NCBI GenBank assembly: GCA_963742415.1
Contig: CAVULX010000004.1
Span: 1,088,001-1,152,000, forward strand
DNA from: an uncultured Parachlamydiaceae bacterium
GTDB lineage: Bacteria; Chlamydiota; Chlamydiia; Chlamydiales; Parachlamydiaceae
Length of the DNA stretch: 64,000 bases
Direction: 5' to 3'
Both the position numbers and the translations under genes were made by a program. Below are positions 49,565 to 58,873 of the stretch, piece after piece. Each line of letters begins with the position of its first letter. The stretch's first letter is position 1. The notes below the pieces were generated by a model. It was given only the letters and a program-made list of their open reading frames with translations. It did not search any database and was not told the DNA's origin.

Positions 49565-50902
49565 ATGCTTTTACAAACACAGCAAAAAATTAAACTCACA
49601 ATCCGCAACTTAGGACATCATGGGGAAGGAATTGGCTCCTATGAAGGGTATACCATCTTTGTCCCTGGAGCGTTGCCTGGTGAAACTATCGAAGCTCAAT
49701 TGCTCGAAAAGCATAAAAGTTATGGGCGAGCGCGTCTTCTGTCTATTATCCAACCTTCTGCGGCCCGTATTGATCCCCCTTGCCCCTATTTCGGAAAATG
49801 CGGTGGATGCCAATTAATGCATCTTGCTTATTCAGAACAACTCCTCATCAAGCAGCAGCGGGTCAAAGATGCTCTCGAACGTATCGGAAAATTGCAGAAC
49901 ATTCAAGTTGCTCCATGCATCCCATCCCCTTCTACGTTTGCCTATAGAAATAAAATTCAGCTGCCCCTCAAAGAAGATCAAAATGGAGTGAAAATGGGGC
50001 TTTATGCCCCCTCATCGCATGACCTTATTGAAGTCGATCATTGCCTCATCCATGGCACTTTGGGTGAGGAAATCTATCAAAAAATCCAAGGTATCATTAA
50101 ACAGTCGAATGGAGCTGCAAGAGAATTACGTCATCTCCTGATCCGAAGTGCAATGAATACCCAAGAGGTCTTGGTTATTTTGGTGACAGCGAAAGAGAGC
50201 TGTCTCCCATTATCCTCGCTAGCAAAAAAAATTATCTCCTGCCATCCCTCCATCAAAGGGGTTGTCCAAAATATCAATCAAAGTGGAGGCAACACGATCT
50301 TGGGAAAAACTTATAAAGTCTTGGAAGGGGTAGGTTACATCACAGAATGTTTAGGGGGCCTTTACTTTAAAATCTCTCCCGCTTCTTTCTTTCAAGTCAA
50401 CCCTGAGCAAGCTGAAGCGCTTTACGCCAACGCGATCGAGTTGGCAGAGCTTAATGGATCTGAAACAGTATTGGATGCCTATTGTGGAGTTGGAACTCTT
50501 TCCCTCTTTTTTTCTAAACATGTAAAAAAGGTTCTGGGAGTAGAGTGTGTACCCGAAGCTATTGCAGACGCGAAAGAAAATGGCAAAATCAACCGAATTG
50601 ATAATGTGAACTTTGTTTGCAGCAATACCGAAGCTTTCATTAGCACCTTGTCTGATGTTGACGTGATCCTTTTGAACCCCCCGAGAAAGGGATGCGACCC
50701 CTCTGTTTTGAACGGGATCCAAAAGATACTTCCAAAAAAAGTGATTTATATTTCCTGTGATCCGGCCACTCTTGCAAGAGACCTTTCCCAATTGCAAACC
50801 TACGGCTATAAAATCCAAACGGTCCAACCATTTGACATGTTCCCTCAAACCGCCCATGTCGAATGTATCGTCAAAATGGGTTTGGCAATTTCCCAAGGTT
50901 AA
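49565..50902 (+). CDS. rlmD: 23S rRNA (uracil-5)-methyltransferase RlmD/RumA family
   Basis: TRAM domain, CPYFGKCGGC, SFFQVN, LDAYCGVG, YISCDPATLARD and DMFPQTAHVE. Confidence 0.93.
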   Translation: MLLQTQQKIKLTIRNLGHHGEGIGSYEGYTIFVPGALPGETIEAQLLEKHKSYGRARLLSIIQPSAARIDPPCPYFGKCGGCQLMHLAYSEQLLIKQQRVKDALERIGKLQNIQVAPCIPSPSTFAYRNKIQLPLKEDQNGVKMGLYAPSSHDLIEVDHCLIHGTLGEEIYQKIQGIIKQSNGAARELRHLLIRSAMNTQEVLVILVTAKESCLPLSSLAKKIISCHPSIKGVVQNINQSGGNTILGKTYKVLEGVGYITECLGGLYFKISPASFFQVNPEQAEALYANAIELAELNGSETVLDAYCGVGTLSLFFSKHVKKVLGVECVPEAIADAKENGKINRIDNVNFVCSNTEAFISTLSDVDVILLNPPRKGCDPSVLNGIQKILPKKVIYISCDPATLARDLSQLQTYGYKIQTVQPFDMFPQTAHVECIVKMGLAISQG

Positions 50903-50906
50903 AATT

Positions 50907-51158
50907 ATGCTGCATATGATTAAAAAAGTTGAATACATAGAAGGATACAAACTAAGACTCTTTTTCAATGATTTAAAAATTAAAATTATTGATTTTGAAG
51001 AAAGGCTTAGAGAAGCAAAAAATATGTTTCTTCCTCTAAAAAATATTGATTATTTCAAAAAAGTCAAAGCCGATGGCACAACACTGGTTTGGCCAAACGG
51101 CTTGGATCTTTGCCCTGATACTTTGTACGCAATCGGCAAAGAAGAAATCATAAAATAA
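50907..51158 (+). CDS. DUF2442-family protein
   Basis: KVEYIEGYKLRLFFND...FKKVKADGTTLVWPNGLDLCPDTLY; true start is ATG 50907, not 50757. Confidence 0.85.
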   Translation: MLHMIKKVEYIEGYKLRLFFNDLKIKIIDFEERLREAKNMFLPLKNIDYFKKVKADGTTLVWPNGLDLCPDTLYAIGKEEIIK

Positions 51159-51370
51159 AATTTATGTCGTCCTTACAGGACTCCATTTTTTTGCATTTTG
51201 CAACCAGGCCTTCGCTTCGCTCGACCTGGGCTATGATATTACGCGCTTTCAGCGCTAAAAAAAAGGCCTGAAAGGCCGAAAATGTTACAGCCCAGGTCGA
51301 GCGAAGCGAAGGCCTGGTTGCAAAATGCAAAAAAATGGAGTCCTGTAAGGACGACATAAATTTTATTTTA
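51151..51370. repeat. Family A copy 4 (loop in the opposite orientation to copies 1-3)
   Basis: Perfect 82-bp arms 51151-51232/51289-51370. Confidence 0.97.
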
Positions 51371-51505
51371 GGGGACGTCAATTCTACATTGACGACTTTG
51401 CAAAAAGCCCTCTAGAGAGTACTATTTTTTTCTTCATTCAAAATTTATTTTTACGTACAGTTAGGCTTAGCAGGCTAGTAAGCCTTGCAATGAAAAAGAT
51501 AAATC

Positions 51506-52897
51506 ATGGCCGATAACAAGACCTATTGCCGCTACCACATAGAAACCAAAAGAGCTCCTAATATTGCTCGTCATCCCCATCGGTTCCAAGTCAAAATAAA
51601 CAAATTGGCTTTAGCAAAACTGCTGTTGAAAGAACTCCTTCACTACCGAGGGAAACTCCGCGTCATCTCTAGCCGTCCTTGTGTTTATGGTGTTTTTTCA
51701 GGCCCATTTGGTGGATTTTCCCCTCGCGAACAGCTCTGTGTGGGCTGTTTGCGCTGCACAACACAATATCCTGAAATTGCCCAAATTTTGCGAAATCCAG
51801 AACGTGCATTACTTGGAGATGACTACTTCACATCCGACCTAGTAGACACCATTACCTACGAAGCGGAAACTGGCCACATCCCCATCAAAGGGGCAGGCTA
51901 TCGCGGCAAATTTGGCGGTAAGGAGTGGGATTCCATGTGGACAGATATGTCTGAAATTGTCCGCCCGACTCGCGATGGGATCCATGGCCGGGAATTCATT
52001 TCAACAGAAGTGGATATCGGAACAAAACCCCCCTTTTTGAACTTTGATTCCCTTCAACCTCAACAAATCATCACGCTGCCCCTCCCACTCCTATTTGATA
52101 TCCTTCCCTCTTCACAAACTTCAAATAAAACAGCATGGTCAATATTGAGCGAAGCCTCCCAAGACCTCCAAACTTTTGCCTTCGTCCCCATAGAAACCCT
52201 TCTCCAATATTCTTTGAAAGGACACCATCTGATCCCGCTAGTCACTCTACATAATTTCAATCGCTTGCACTCTCTCCCTTTTAAACATTCGCATGTCGCC
52301 ATGGATGGCTGGAATGATCTCCTTTTTCAAAAAATACAAGCCTCCTTCCCGGATAATCTTATAACCTTAAGAACCCATGCGGATGATGGCAACCTGCTAA
52401 CCTATTATCAAAAAGGGATTCGCATTTTTCATCTGGTTGCAAATTACCATGGAAAAGGAAAAAGCGGAGATTTCATATTAGATTTAATCCGCAAAGCACA
52501 TCTGACTTTCGTTGAAGCTGGATGCCGCGATGCTGTAACACTTCTCGGCAGCGGAGGCATTGTTGCCGCTGAACATGTTCCTAAAGCCATCATCTGCGGT
52601 TTGGACGCCGTTGTTTTAGATACATCCCCTCTCGCAGCCCTTCAAGCTAAGTTTATAGGAAATTGCTACAGCCAAACAGAAAATCTATTCGAACTGCCAC
52701 AAGCCCTCACAATAGAATGGGGAAAACAACGTCTAAAAAATCTCGCGGGATCCTGGCGTGATCAACTTTTGGAGATCTTGGGAGCCATGGGACTAAGAGA
52801 AGTCAGACGTTTGCGCGGGGAAATGGGAAGAGCGATGTTTCAGAAAGATTTAGAAAATGAAGCCTTTATAGGAATCGCCGGCTATGAACCCTCATAA
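51506..52897 (+). CDS. Glutamate synthase-related FMN-domain protein with N-terminal Fe-S-like motif (divergent GltB2-like)
   Basis: CVYGVF...CVGCLRC, DSMWTDMSEIVRPTRDGIHGRE, RDAVTLLGSGGI, KAIICGLD and LGAMGLREVRRLRGE. Confidence 0.75.
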   Translation: MADNKTYCRYHIETKRAPNIARHPHRFQVKINKLALAKLLLKELLHYRGKLRVISSRPCVYGVFSGPFGGFSPREQLCVGCLRCTTQYPEIAQILRNPERALLGDDYFTSDLVDTITYEAETGHIPIKGAGYRGKFGGKEWDSMWTDMSEIVRPTRDGIHGREFISTEVDIGTKPPFLNFDSLQPQQIITLPLPLLFDILPSSQTSNKTAWSILSEASQDLQTFAFVPIETLLQYSLKGHHLIPLVTLHNFNRLHSLPFKHSHVAMDGWNDLLFQKIQASFPDNLITLRTHADDGNLLTYYQKGIRIFHLVANYHGKGKSGDFILDLIRKAHLTFVEAGCRDAVTLLGSGGIVAAEHVPKAIICGLDAVVLDTSPLAALQAKFIGNCYSQTENLFELPQALTIEWGKQRLKNLAGSWRDQLLEILGAMGLREVRRLRGEMGRAMFQKDLENEAFIGIAGYEPS

Positions 52898-54185
52898 ATC
52901 TGACGAACAGCTTATCACAGACAAACATACAACTTGCCTCCGGCGTGGTTTCCATCTTTGGCCAACACTTGAATTTGGGAAGATGCCAGCCTTGGGAGAT
53001 GCCCGCTGGACGGATGATCTCATTTATTCCATCTGGGCGCAAGCAGAGACAGGCCGACCCCCAACCAGCAACCTCGAATATCGTATTGGCGCTTCAGAAG
53101 GGGGATTCGACCTGCTTGATTTCCAATTTCTGCCTCCTGAAGAACATCTGCCACCCAATATTAAACCCTCCCTTTCCATTCCACTCAACAAACGGAAGCA
53201 AGGGCGGCAAATTGAAATCCCTATTCCGTTTTATGGGGCCGGAATGTCGTTTGGATCCGTCAGCGAACACATCATGCTTGCGCGCGCTATGGCCGCTCAG
53301 CAATGGAATACCTTCACATCTACAGGAGAAGGGGGATACCCCATCTCTCTAGTTCCCTACAAAGAGCATGTTATCACCCAAATAGCAACAGGGATGTTTG
53401 GAGTACGTGAAGAAACAATCCAATACGCTCCCATCGTCGAATTCAAATACGCTCAAGGGGCCAAGCCTGGATTAGGAGGGCATCTCCTGGGGGATAAAGC
53501 CACCCTGGCAGTAGCTAAAATGAGGGAATCGGTTCCTTGGGTCAGTTTATTTTCCCCTTTTCCATTTCATAGCGTATACTCCGTAGAGGACCATAAAAAG
53601 CACGTCGATTGGATAAAAACCGTCAATCCTCAGGCATTGATCTCAGTTAAAGTTTCCACTCCCATTGATATCGATATGGTCGCAGTCGGGAGTTATTATG
53701 CTAATGCAAATATCTTGCAAATTGATGGTGGGTACGGCAGCACAGGGGCCGCTCCTGAAATTGCAAAAAAAAATATTGCAATGCCGATCGAATTAGCCCT
53801 TCCGAAAGTCCACCGCTATCTTTCAGCGGAAGGGATCCGGGACGACATTGTCCTCATGGCCAGCGGAGGCATCCGCACTGCCTATGATGTCGCTAAAGCC
53901 ATTGCGTTAGGAGCAGATGGATGCATTTTAGGAACCAGCGAACTGGTCGCTTTGGGCTGTACGCGCTGTGCAAACTGTGAAAGAGGCAGAGGATGCCCTT
54001 TTGGATTGACGACGACAGATCCGGAACTGACCAATTTAGTCGATCCTGCGTGGGGTGCGCAGCGCATCCATAATCTCTACACCTCTTTTGCCTATCAGCT
54101 CCAAGACATCTTGCGCAGGCTCGGTCTGAACTCTATTCAAGAATTAAGGGGAAAGTTTGACTTATTAAAATATCAAAAACAATGA
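52884..54185 (+). CDS. FMN-binding glutamate synthase subunit (GltB2/GlxD-like)
   Basis: GMSFGSVS, TGEGG, EFKYAQGAKPGLGGHL, ASGGIRT, KAIALGAD and CTRCANCERGRGCPFG. Confidence 0.9.
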   Translation: MNPHKSDEQLITDKHTTCLRRGFHLWPTLEFGKMPALGDARWTDDLIYSIWAQAETGRPPTSNLEYRIGASEGGFDLLDFQFLPPEEHLPPNIKPSLSIPLNKRKQGRQIEIPIPFYGAGMSFGSVSEHIMLARAMAAQQWNTFTSTGEGGYPISLVPYKEHVITQIATGMFGVREETIQYAPIVEFKYAQGAKPGLGGHLLGDKATLAVAKMRESVPWVSLFSPFPFHSVYSVEDHKKHVDWIKTVNPQALISVKVSTPIDIDMVAVGSYYANANILQIDGGYGSTGAAPEIAKKNIAMPIELALPKVHRYLSAEGIRDDIVLMASGGIRTAYDVAKAIALGADGCILGTSELVALGCTRCANCERGRGCPFGLTTTDPELTNLVDPAWGAQRIHNLYTSFAYQLQDILRRLGLNSIQELRGKFDLLKYQKQ

Positions 54186-54204
54186 TCAATTTTTGTTCCA
54201 ATAT

Positions 54205-56787
54205 ATGAACACTTTTCAAGAGGCGATCCAAAATCTCTTATCCTCCAGAAAAACATCACCCTCCTCCTCTTATCAGAGGAAGCTCGAAGGGGAAGGGGGT
54301 TGCGGGGTCATTGGAGTTGCAGCCGCAGATAAAATTGCTGGAAAACATCTGCTGATTGCTCTCACGCAAATGAGAAACCGGGGGAATGGCAAAGGGGGCG
54401 GCATTGCCGCTGCAGGGTTGAATCCTCAAAGCTTTGGCATCCAACAACATCTCTTAAAAGATGACTATCTTTTAGCCATTGCTTATCTGGATTTGGATTG
54501 TCAGTTAGATGTCGAAAAACAGTTTATAAATCCTTTTTTTGAAGTCCATCATGTACACCGGATGTCCCATATTTCCGATTTTAAAACACTTCCGGGTCTA
54601 GAGATCCCTCCCCCCGAAGCGATCCTCTATTTTGTCCGTGTGAAAAAAGAAGCGCTTCAAGAATTCCAACGACTGCGGGGTCTTCTTTCCCTCCCTATCG
54701 AAAGGGTGGAAGATGAATTCGTTTATCAAAATTCTTATCTCTTAAATCAAACTTTTTATTCATCCATCGGCGAAAAAAAAGCGTTTGTGCTTTCCCATGG
54801 AAAAGATCTCTTAGTGTTGAAAATGGTGGGATATGGAGACGATGTCATCAGATACTACCAACTAGAGAATTTACAAGCCCACATCTGGATCGGCCACCAT
54901 CGCTACCCCACAAAAGGAAGAGTGTGGCATCCAGGGGGTGCACACCCCTTTGTAGGGCTGCATGAAGCTTTAGTGCATAATGGCGATTTTGCCAACTATT
55001 TTTCCCTATGCGAATATCTTGCCCAACGGAACATCCACCCCCTCTTTTTGACAGATACTGAAGTTTCTGTGCTTATTTTTGATCTTTGGCATCGGATCTA
55101 TCAATATCCCTTAGAATATGTCATTGAAGCCCTTGCTCCAACGACAGAACGGGACTTTGCCTTGCTGCCAAAAGAAAAAAAGGAGATTTATCAACAGATA
55201 CAAAAAGTGCATATGCATGGCTCTCCGGATGGCCCCTGGTTCTTTCTGATAGCCCAATCGGTAACTTCTAAAGAAAATCAACCTGTTTATCGCCTCATTG
55301 GTATCACAGACACAAGCATGCTGCGCCCTCAGGTTTTTGCGGTTCAAAATGGGAGCGCCCCCATCGGTTTTGCTGCTTCAGAAAAACAGGCCATCGATGC
55401 CGCGTTGCAATCTTTGGCTCAGGAGGATTCCCGTTACTGGACCTATGCAGATCATTATTGGAACGCACGAGGGGGGAGCCACACAGATGGGGGAGCCTTT
55501 AGTTTTTCCGTCTATCCCAATCCGGGCAAACAAGCGACTTTAGTGTGCTCAAATAAATTCGGCCAACCGGTTCACTCCCCTTCCATAAAATCCTCTAATA
55601 ATAACTTAGCCACCAATTCTCCTGCCTCCATTCCCGATCTTCCACAGGAACAACTTTCTGCCTGGATCCGCAAAGAGATCCAAAACTGGAAGGGAGATCA
55701 GGCCGAAAAATTCCTAATCACCTTAAAAGAAAGCGTCCATTCAGAAACACAATGGCAAAGGGCTTTCAGAGTGATGACGGACCTTCTGGATCAACACTTT
55801 CCGCTTGCCCACATGAAGCGCAGCTTTTTACGGGCTCTAACATACAAACATTTATCTGCATTATTAGACTCTATAAGCTTCCAAACCTTCCCCTCTTATG
55901 CTTCCATCTCCTTTAAAAGCTCCTGCCCTTCTAAGCCTCTCACAGATACTCAAACTCTCATTATCAACGCCCAAGATTTTCCCTCCGAAGGGGAAAACTC
56001 CCTCTCTCGCGAAATCGTCCGCCTTTATAAAAAGGGATTCAAAAAATTTATCCTGTTTCATACTCGGGGCCAAAGATTCATTGCAAATGGGTTAGGTCCT
56101 AACTCCCATCAGGTGCAAATAGATGTTTATGGCTCACCGGGAGATTATTTAGCATCGGGTATCGATGGCGCACAAATTCACGTTCACGGAGATGCTCAAG
56201 ATCAGCTTGCCCAAATCATGAAGGATGGAACTTTAGTTGTTTATGGAGATGTGGGCCAAACCTTTATGTATGGCGCTAAAGGGGGCAAAGCTTTTGTCAA
56301 AGGGAACGCTGCAGGGCGCCCTCTTATCAACGCAGTCGGCAAACCTAGGGTAGTCATCAACGGCACTTGCTTGGACTATCTTGCTGAGTCGTGTATGGCA
56401 GGAAACCCTCTCCAGGATGGGGGATTTGTCATCGTCAATGGGGTCAGCTTCGACGAAAACCAAAATATAGTCGAACTAGACTCCCCTTATCCAGGAAGCA
56501 ACTTATTTTCCCTTGCTTCTGGAGGTGCCATTTACATCCGCGACCCATCATTTAATATTTCTTCCGACCAGTTGAATGGGGGTGAATTTACTCGAATGAC
56601 TCCCAAAGATTGGCAATTAATTTTGCCTTATTTAGAAGAAAACGGTTCCCTCTTCGGAATTCCCATTTCCCGTTTATTAGAATACAAGAAAAAATCTCTT
56701 GAATACCACGCTGTTTATAGAAAAATTATACCTTCAGCAAAAAAGGCCTTACAAGAAGAAGAGATTTGGATTAAAGCTAAAGATTAA
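54205..56787 (+). CDS. Glutamate synthase amidotransferase (GltB1) and GXGXG (GltB3) fusion
   Basis: EGGCGVIG Ntn Cys, RNRGNGKGGG, GHHRYPT, HPF, HNGD and TDTE; C-terminal GSPGDYLASG, GDVGQTFMYGAKGG. Confidence 0.85.
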   Translation: MNTFQEAIQNLLSSRKTSPSSSYQRKLEGEGGCGVIGVAAADKIAGKHLLIALTQMRNRGNGKGGGIAAAGLNPQSFGIQQHLLKDDYLLAIAYLDLDCQLDVEKQFINPFFEVHHVHRMSHISDFKTLPGLEIPPPEAILYFVRVKKEALQEFQRLRGLLSLPIERVEDEFVYQNSYLLNQTFYSSIGEKKAFVLSHGKDLLVLKMVGYGDDVIRYYQLENLQAHIWIGHHRYPTKGRVWHPGGAHPFVGLHEALVHNGDFANYFSLCEYLAQRNIHPLFLTDTEVSVLIFDLWHRIYQYPLEYVIEALAPTTERDFALLPKEKKEIYQQIQKVHMHGSPDGPWFFLIAQSVTSKENQPVYRLIGITDTSMLRPQVFAVQNGSAPIGFAASEKQAIDAALQSLAQEDSRYWTYADHYWNARGGSHTDGGAFSFSVYPNPGKQATLVCSNKFGQPVHSPSIKSSNNNLATNSPASIPDLPQEQLSAWIRKEIQNWKGDQAEKFLITLKESVHSETQWQRAFRVMTDLLDQHFPLAHMKRSFLRALTYKHLSALLDSISFQTFPSYASISFKSSCPSKPLTDTQTLIINAQDFPSEGENSLSREIVRLYKKGFKKFILFHTRGQRFIANGLGPNSHQVQIDVYGSPGDYLASGIDGAQIHVHGDAQDQLAQIMKDGTLVVYGDVGQTFMYGAKGGKAFVKGNAAGRPLINAVGKPRVVINGTCLDYLAESCMAGNPLQDGGFVIVNGVSFDENQNIVELDSPYPGSNLFSLASGGAIYIRDPSFNISSDQLNGGEFTRMTPKDWQLILPYLEENGSLFGIPISRLLEYKKKSLEYHAVYRKIIPSAKKALQEEEIWIKAKD

Positions 56788-56806
56788 TTTACGATTGTCA
56801 TCTCTC

Positions 56807-56860
56807 TTTTTGGAGTGCGGCGGCTTGATGCGTAGGCGTCAAGCCGCCGCACTCCAAAAA
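56807..56860. repeat. Family F hairpin without cargo, between convergent genes; possible bidirectional terminator
   Basis: tttttggagtgcggcggcttgatgcgtaggcgtcaagccgccgcactccaaaaa. Confidence 0.9.
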
Positions 56861-56875
56861 AAGACAAAATGACCT

Positions 56876-56910
56876 AAAAAAAACAGGGGAAAGTTATGTT
56901 TTTCCCCTGT
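56876..56910 (-). terminator. Intrinsic terminator of the Cys-rich protein gene
   Basis: 10-bp stem acaggggaaa/tttcccctgt followed by a U-tract on the minus strand, 30 nt after the stop. Confidence 0.75.
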
Positions 56911-56940
56911 CTTCCAAGATAATCATTATTTTGGACTTGC

Positions 56941-57573
56941 TTATTGAGCACAGTTGTTGCAATCAGGTTGACAAACATGTTTCCAGTAATAACGGGGAAC
57001 ATATTCACACTGTTGATCGCAAACCCACTTTTTGCAAGTTTTGCACTCGTCAACATCATAATATTCAGGTACTTTGCAGCAGCATGTTTCACAATAATAT
57101 TGAGGAACATATCTGCAACGTTGTACTTGATATTCTTTGTCAACATATCTGCAACATCTTCTTTTGCAAGGTATTTGCTCTTCTACACAACGTTTGGTTG
57201 TATAGTAGCAGGGCTCATAATGGCAATACATGCACCAACAATCATTGCAAGGTTGGTCATCACAGGGATGATCTGCTGGACAACCCCCTTGACCTCCAAA
57301 AGTATTTTGCCCATCGCCCCCTTGCCCGCCACGCCAATTTTGATATTGACCTCTACGCCAATTTGGATCCTGCGTTTGGCCATCTTGCCCGCCACGCCAA
57401 TTTTGATATTGTCCTCCATGCCAATTTGGATCCTGCGTTTGACCATCTTGCATTCTTGCTTGTTCTTGACCAGCATTTTGCATTGGCTGAACTGCAGAAC
57501 GATCTTGCGCATGGCTTAATTGGGTAACGAGAAGACCACAAAGGACTGCGCCTATCTGGAACAATTTTTTCAT
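56941..57573 (-). CDS. Secreted cysteine-rich protein, candidate envelope (COMC-like) component
   Basis: AAAGGAG RBS, signal peptide (SHA-QD), Gln/Gly-rich repeats, 23 Cys in the last ~114 aa. Confidence 0.8.
   Translation of the reverse strand: MKKLFQIGAVLCGLLVTQLSHAQDRSAVQPMQNAGQEQARMQDGQTQDPNWHGGQYQNWRGGQDGQTQDPNWRRGQYQNWRGGQGGDGQNTFGGQGGCPADHPCDDQPCNDCWCMYCHYEPCYYTTKRCVEEQIPCKRRCCRYVDKEYQVQRCRYVPQYYCETCCCKVPEYYDVDECKTCKKWVCDQQCEYVPRYYWKHVCQPDCNNCAQ
57321..57451 (-). repeat. Intragenic 63-bp tandem duplication (QDGQTQDPNWxxGQYQNWRGG x2)
   Basis: 57321-57383 versus 57384-57446, near-identical. Confidence 0.93.
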
Positions 57574-57852
57574 AGCATTCTCCTTTAATTTAACAACACC
57601 TTGTTTAAATTCTCCTCATGCCGAGCTAATGAGAACTTTAACTTTAGCTTCTATCTGTAAAATCGAAGCACTAGGTAACAAGTATACCTTAAGCCTCAAG
57701 ATGAATTTTTTCAGGAATATTGACAAGTATTTTGTTTAATTTTGGGTCTAACAATGCAACCTCTCCTCGTAGGAACCCGATATAAATCTTTCTAGCATTT
57801 AAAAAAACGATGTCCTAAAATAATTGTTTTCTTTCCAATTGAAGAGGGAAAC

Positions 57853-58596
57853 GTGAAATCCATTTTAGTTTGTTTGCTGTCTTTCGCACTCCTTTTTTCT
57901 TTTTTGAACGCTAAAGAAGAAACTTTTCTGAAAAACAATCTAAAAAAAGCCCAGGCAGGCGGCTACATCGTCACTGCTCAAAATAAAAATTACACAATCT
58001 TGCATATCTTCGAGCGCACCCCCGCAACACTCACGATCGAAGAGATCACAGTCCCCGCCCAGCGGATGCAGGGACGATTTACTTCCTGGAAAACATGGAT
58101 CAAAAACAAAGCCCCAGACAACACCTCATGGGTCCTATATAAACTCGACTTGCCTACCGGCAAAATGCTAGAATATTATTCTCTTACAAAAAAAACTTGG
58201 TTTGACCTCTCAAAAGCCAACAACTTCTTAACAACCCTCATCAACTTAAAATTCGAAAAAGTACCCTATAAAGAACGGAGGAGGATAGGACTCCCCCCCA
58301 TCCTAGGGGAAGACCAACGCCCATTTTGGCAGCCTCGCATGGTTGTCGATGGAAATGAAATCAGCAACGTTTCTTTCGATGCTTGGCAAACCTCTTGGCC
58401 TAAAGACGGGTCTGATCTCTCTGGCAAATCGATTGAAATCTACTTACCTGTAGATAATAATAAATACCCTTCCTATTTCCCCTATTGGCTTCAGATCAGT
58501 GGAATCATTGGCAACGCTAAAGTACGCATCGTAGATTCCGGTACTCATATGGAATCGCCGGCACCTCTTTTAGATAGCATTCCCAAACTTCGCTAA
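57853..58596 (+). CDS. Conserved chlamydial exported protein (CT021-like)
   Basis: Signal peptide, WPKDGSDLSGK and FPYWLQI motifs; position upstream of lepB. Confidence 0.65.
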   Translation: MKSILVCLLSFALLFSFLNAKEETFLKNNLKKAQAGGYIVTAQNKNYTILHIFERTPATLTIEEITVPAQRMQGRFTSWKTWIKNKAPDNTSWVLYKLDLPTGKMLEYYSLTKKTWFDLSKANNFLTTLINLKFEKVPYKERRRIGLPPILGEDQRPFWQPRMVVDGNEISNVSFDAWQTSWPKDGSDLSGKSIEIYLPVDNNKYPSYFPYWLQISGIIGNAKVRIVDSGTHMESPAPLLDSIPKLR

Positions 58597-58873
58597 CAAC
58601 CTGAGTTTTCAGGATAGTAGGCACAAGTTATCGACAATCTCTTGACCTCTCTGATAAATACCTTCAAGACATGCTGTGAGAATGAAAATTTCTAGTCAAT
58701 CTTATTTTTACTGACAGCCTGTTAACACGTTTTCCACAAAAAAGTGCCTTTAAATAGAATTAGTTATCTTCAATAAGCGTACATTCAGCGCACAAGAAAA
58801 GCCGTTGATTTTCTTTTCGCCCCAATTTAAAATCATCACTGCATATAAAAACTAAATCTTAGGCAAGCTCCTC

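Noticed and set aside
50757..50906. N-terminal extension of the DUF2442 ORF in the ORF track
   Set aside because: It overlaps the conserved rlmD C-terminus in another frame; the domain begins at ATG 50907
51463..51485. IR aggctta-N9-taagcct, or a sigma54 promoter, upstream of the glutamate synthase-like operon
   Set aside because: The 7-bp arms could be chance, and the GG-to-GC spacing does not fit the -24/-12 consensus
56874..57541. Several long alternative-frame ORFs over the Cys-rich gene
   Set aside because: Shadow ORFs caused by biased codon composition; only 56941-57573 has an RBS, signal peptide and terminator
58597..58873. DnaA-box-like sequences (ttatcgaca 58628, ttttccaca 58730) suggesting oriC
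   Set aside because: Only one consensus box, no clear unwinding element and no origin-associated genes nearby
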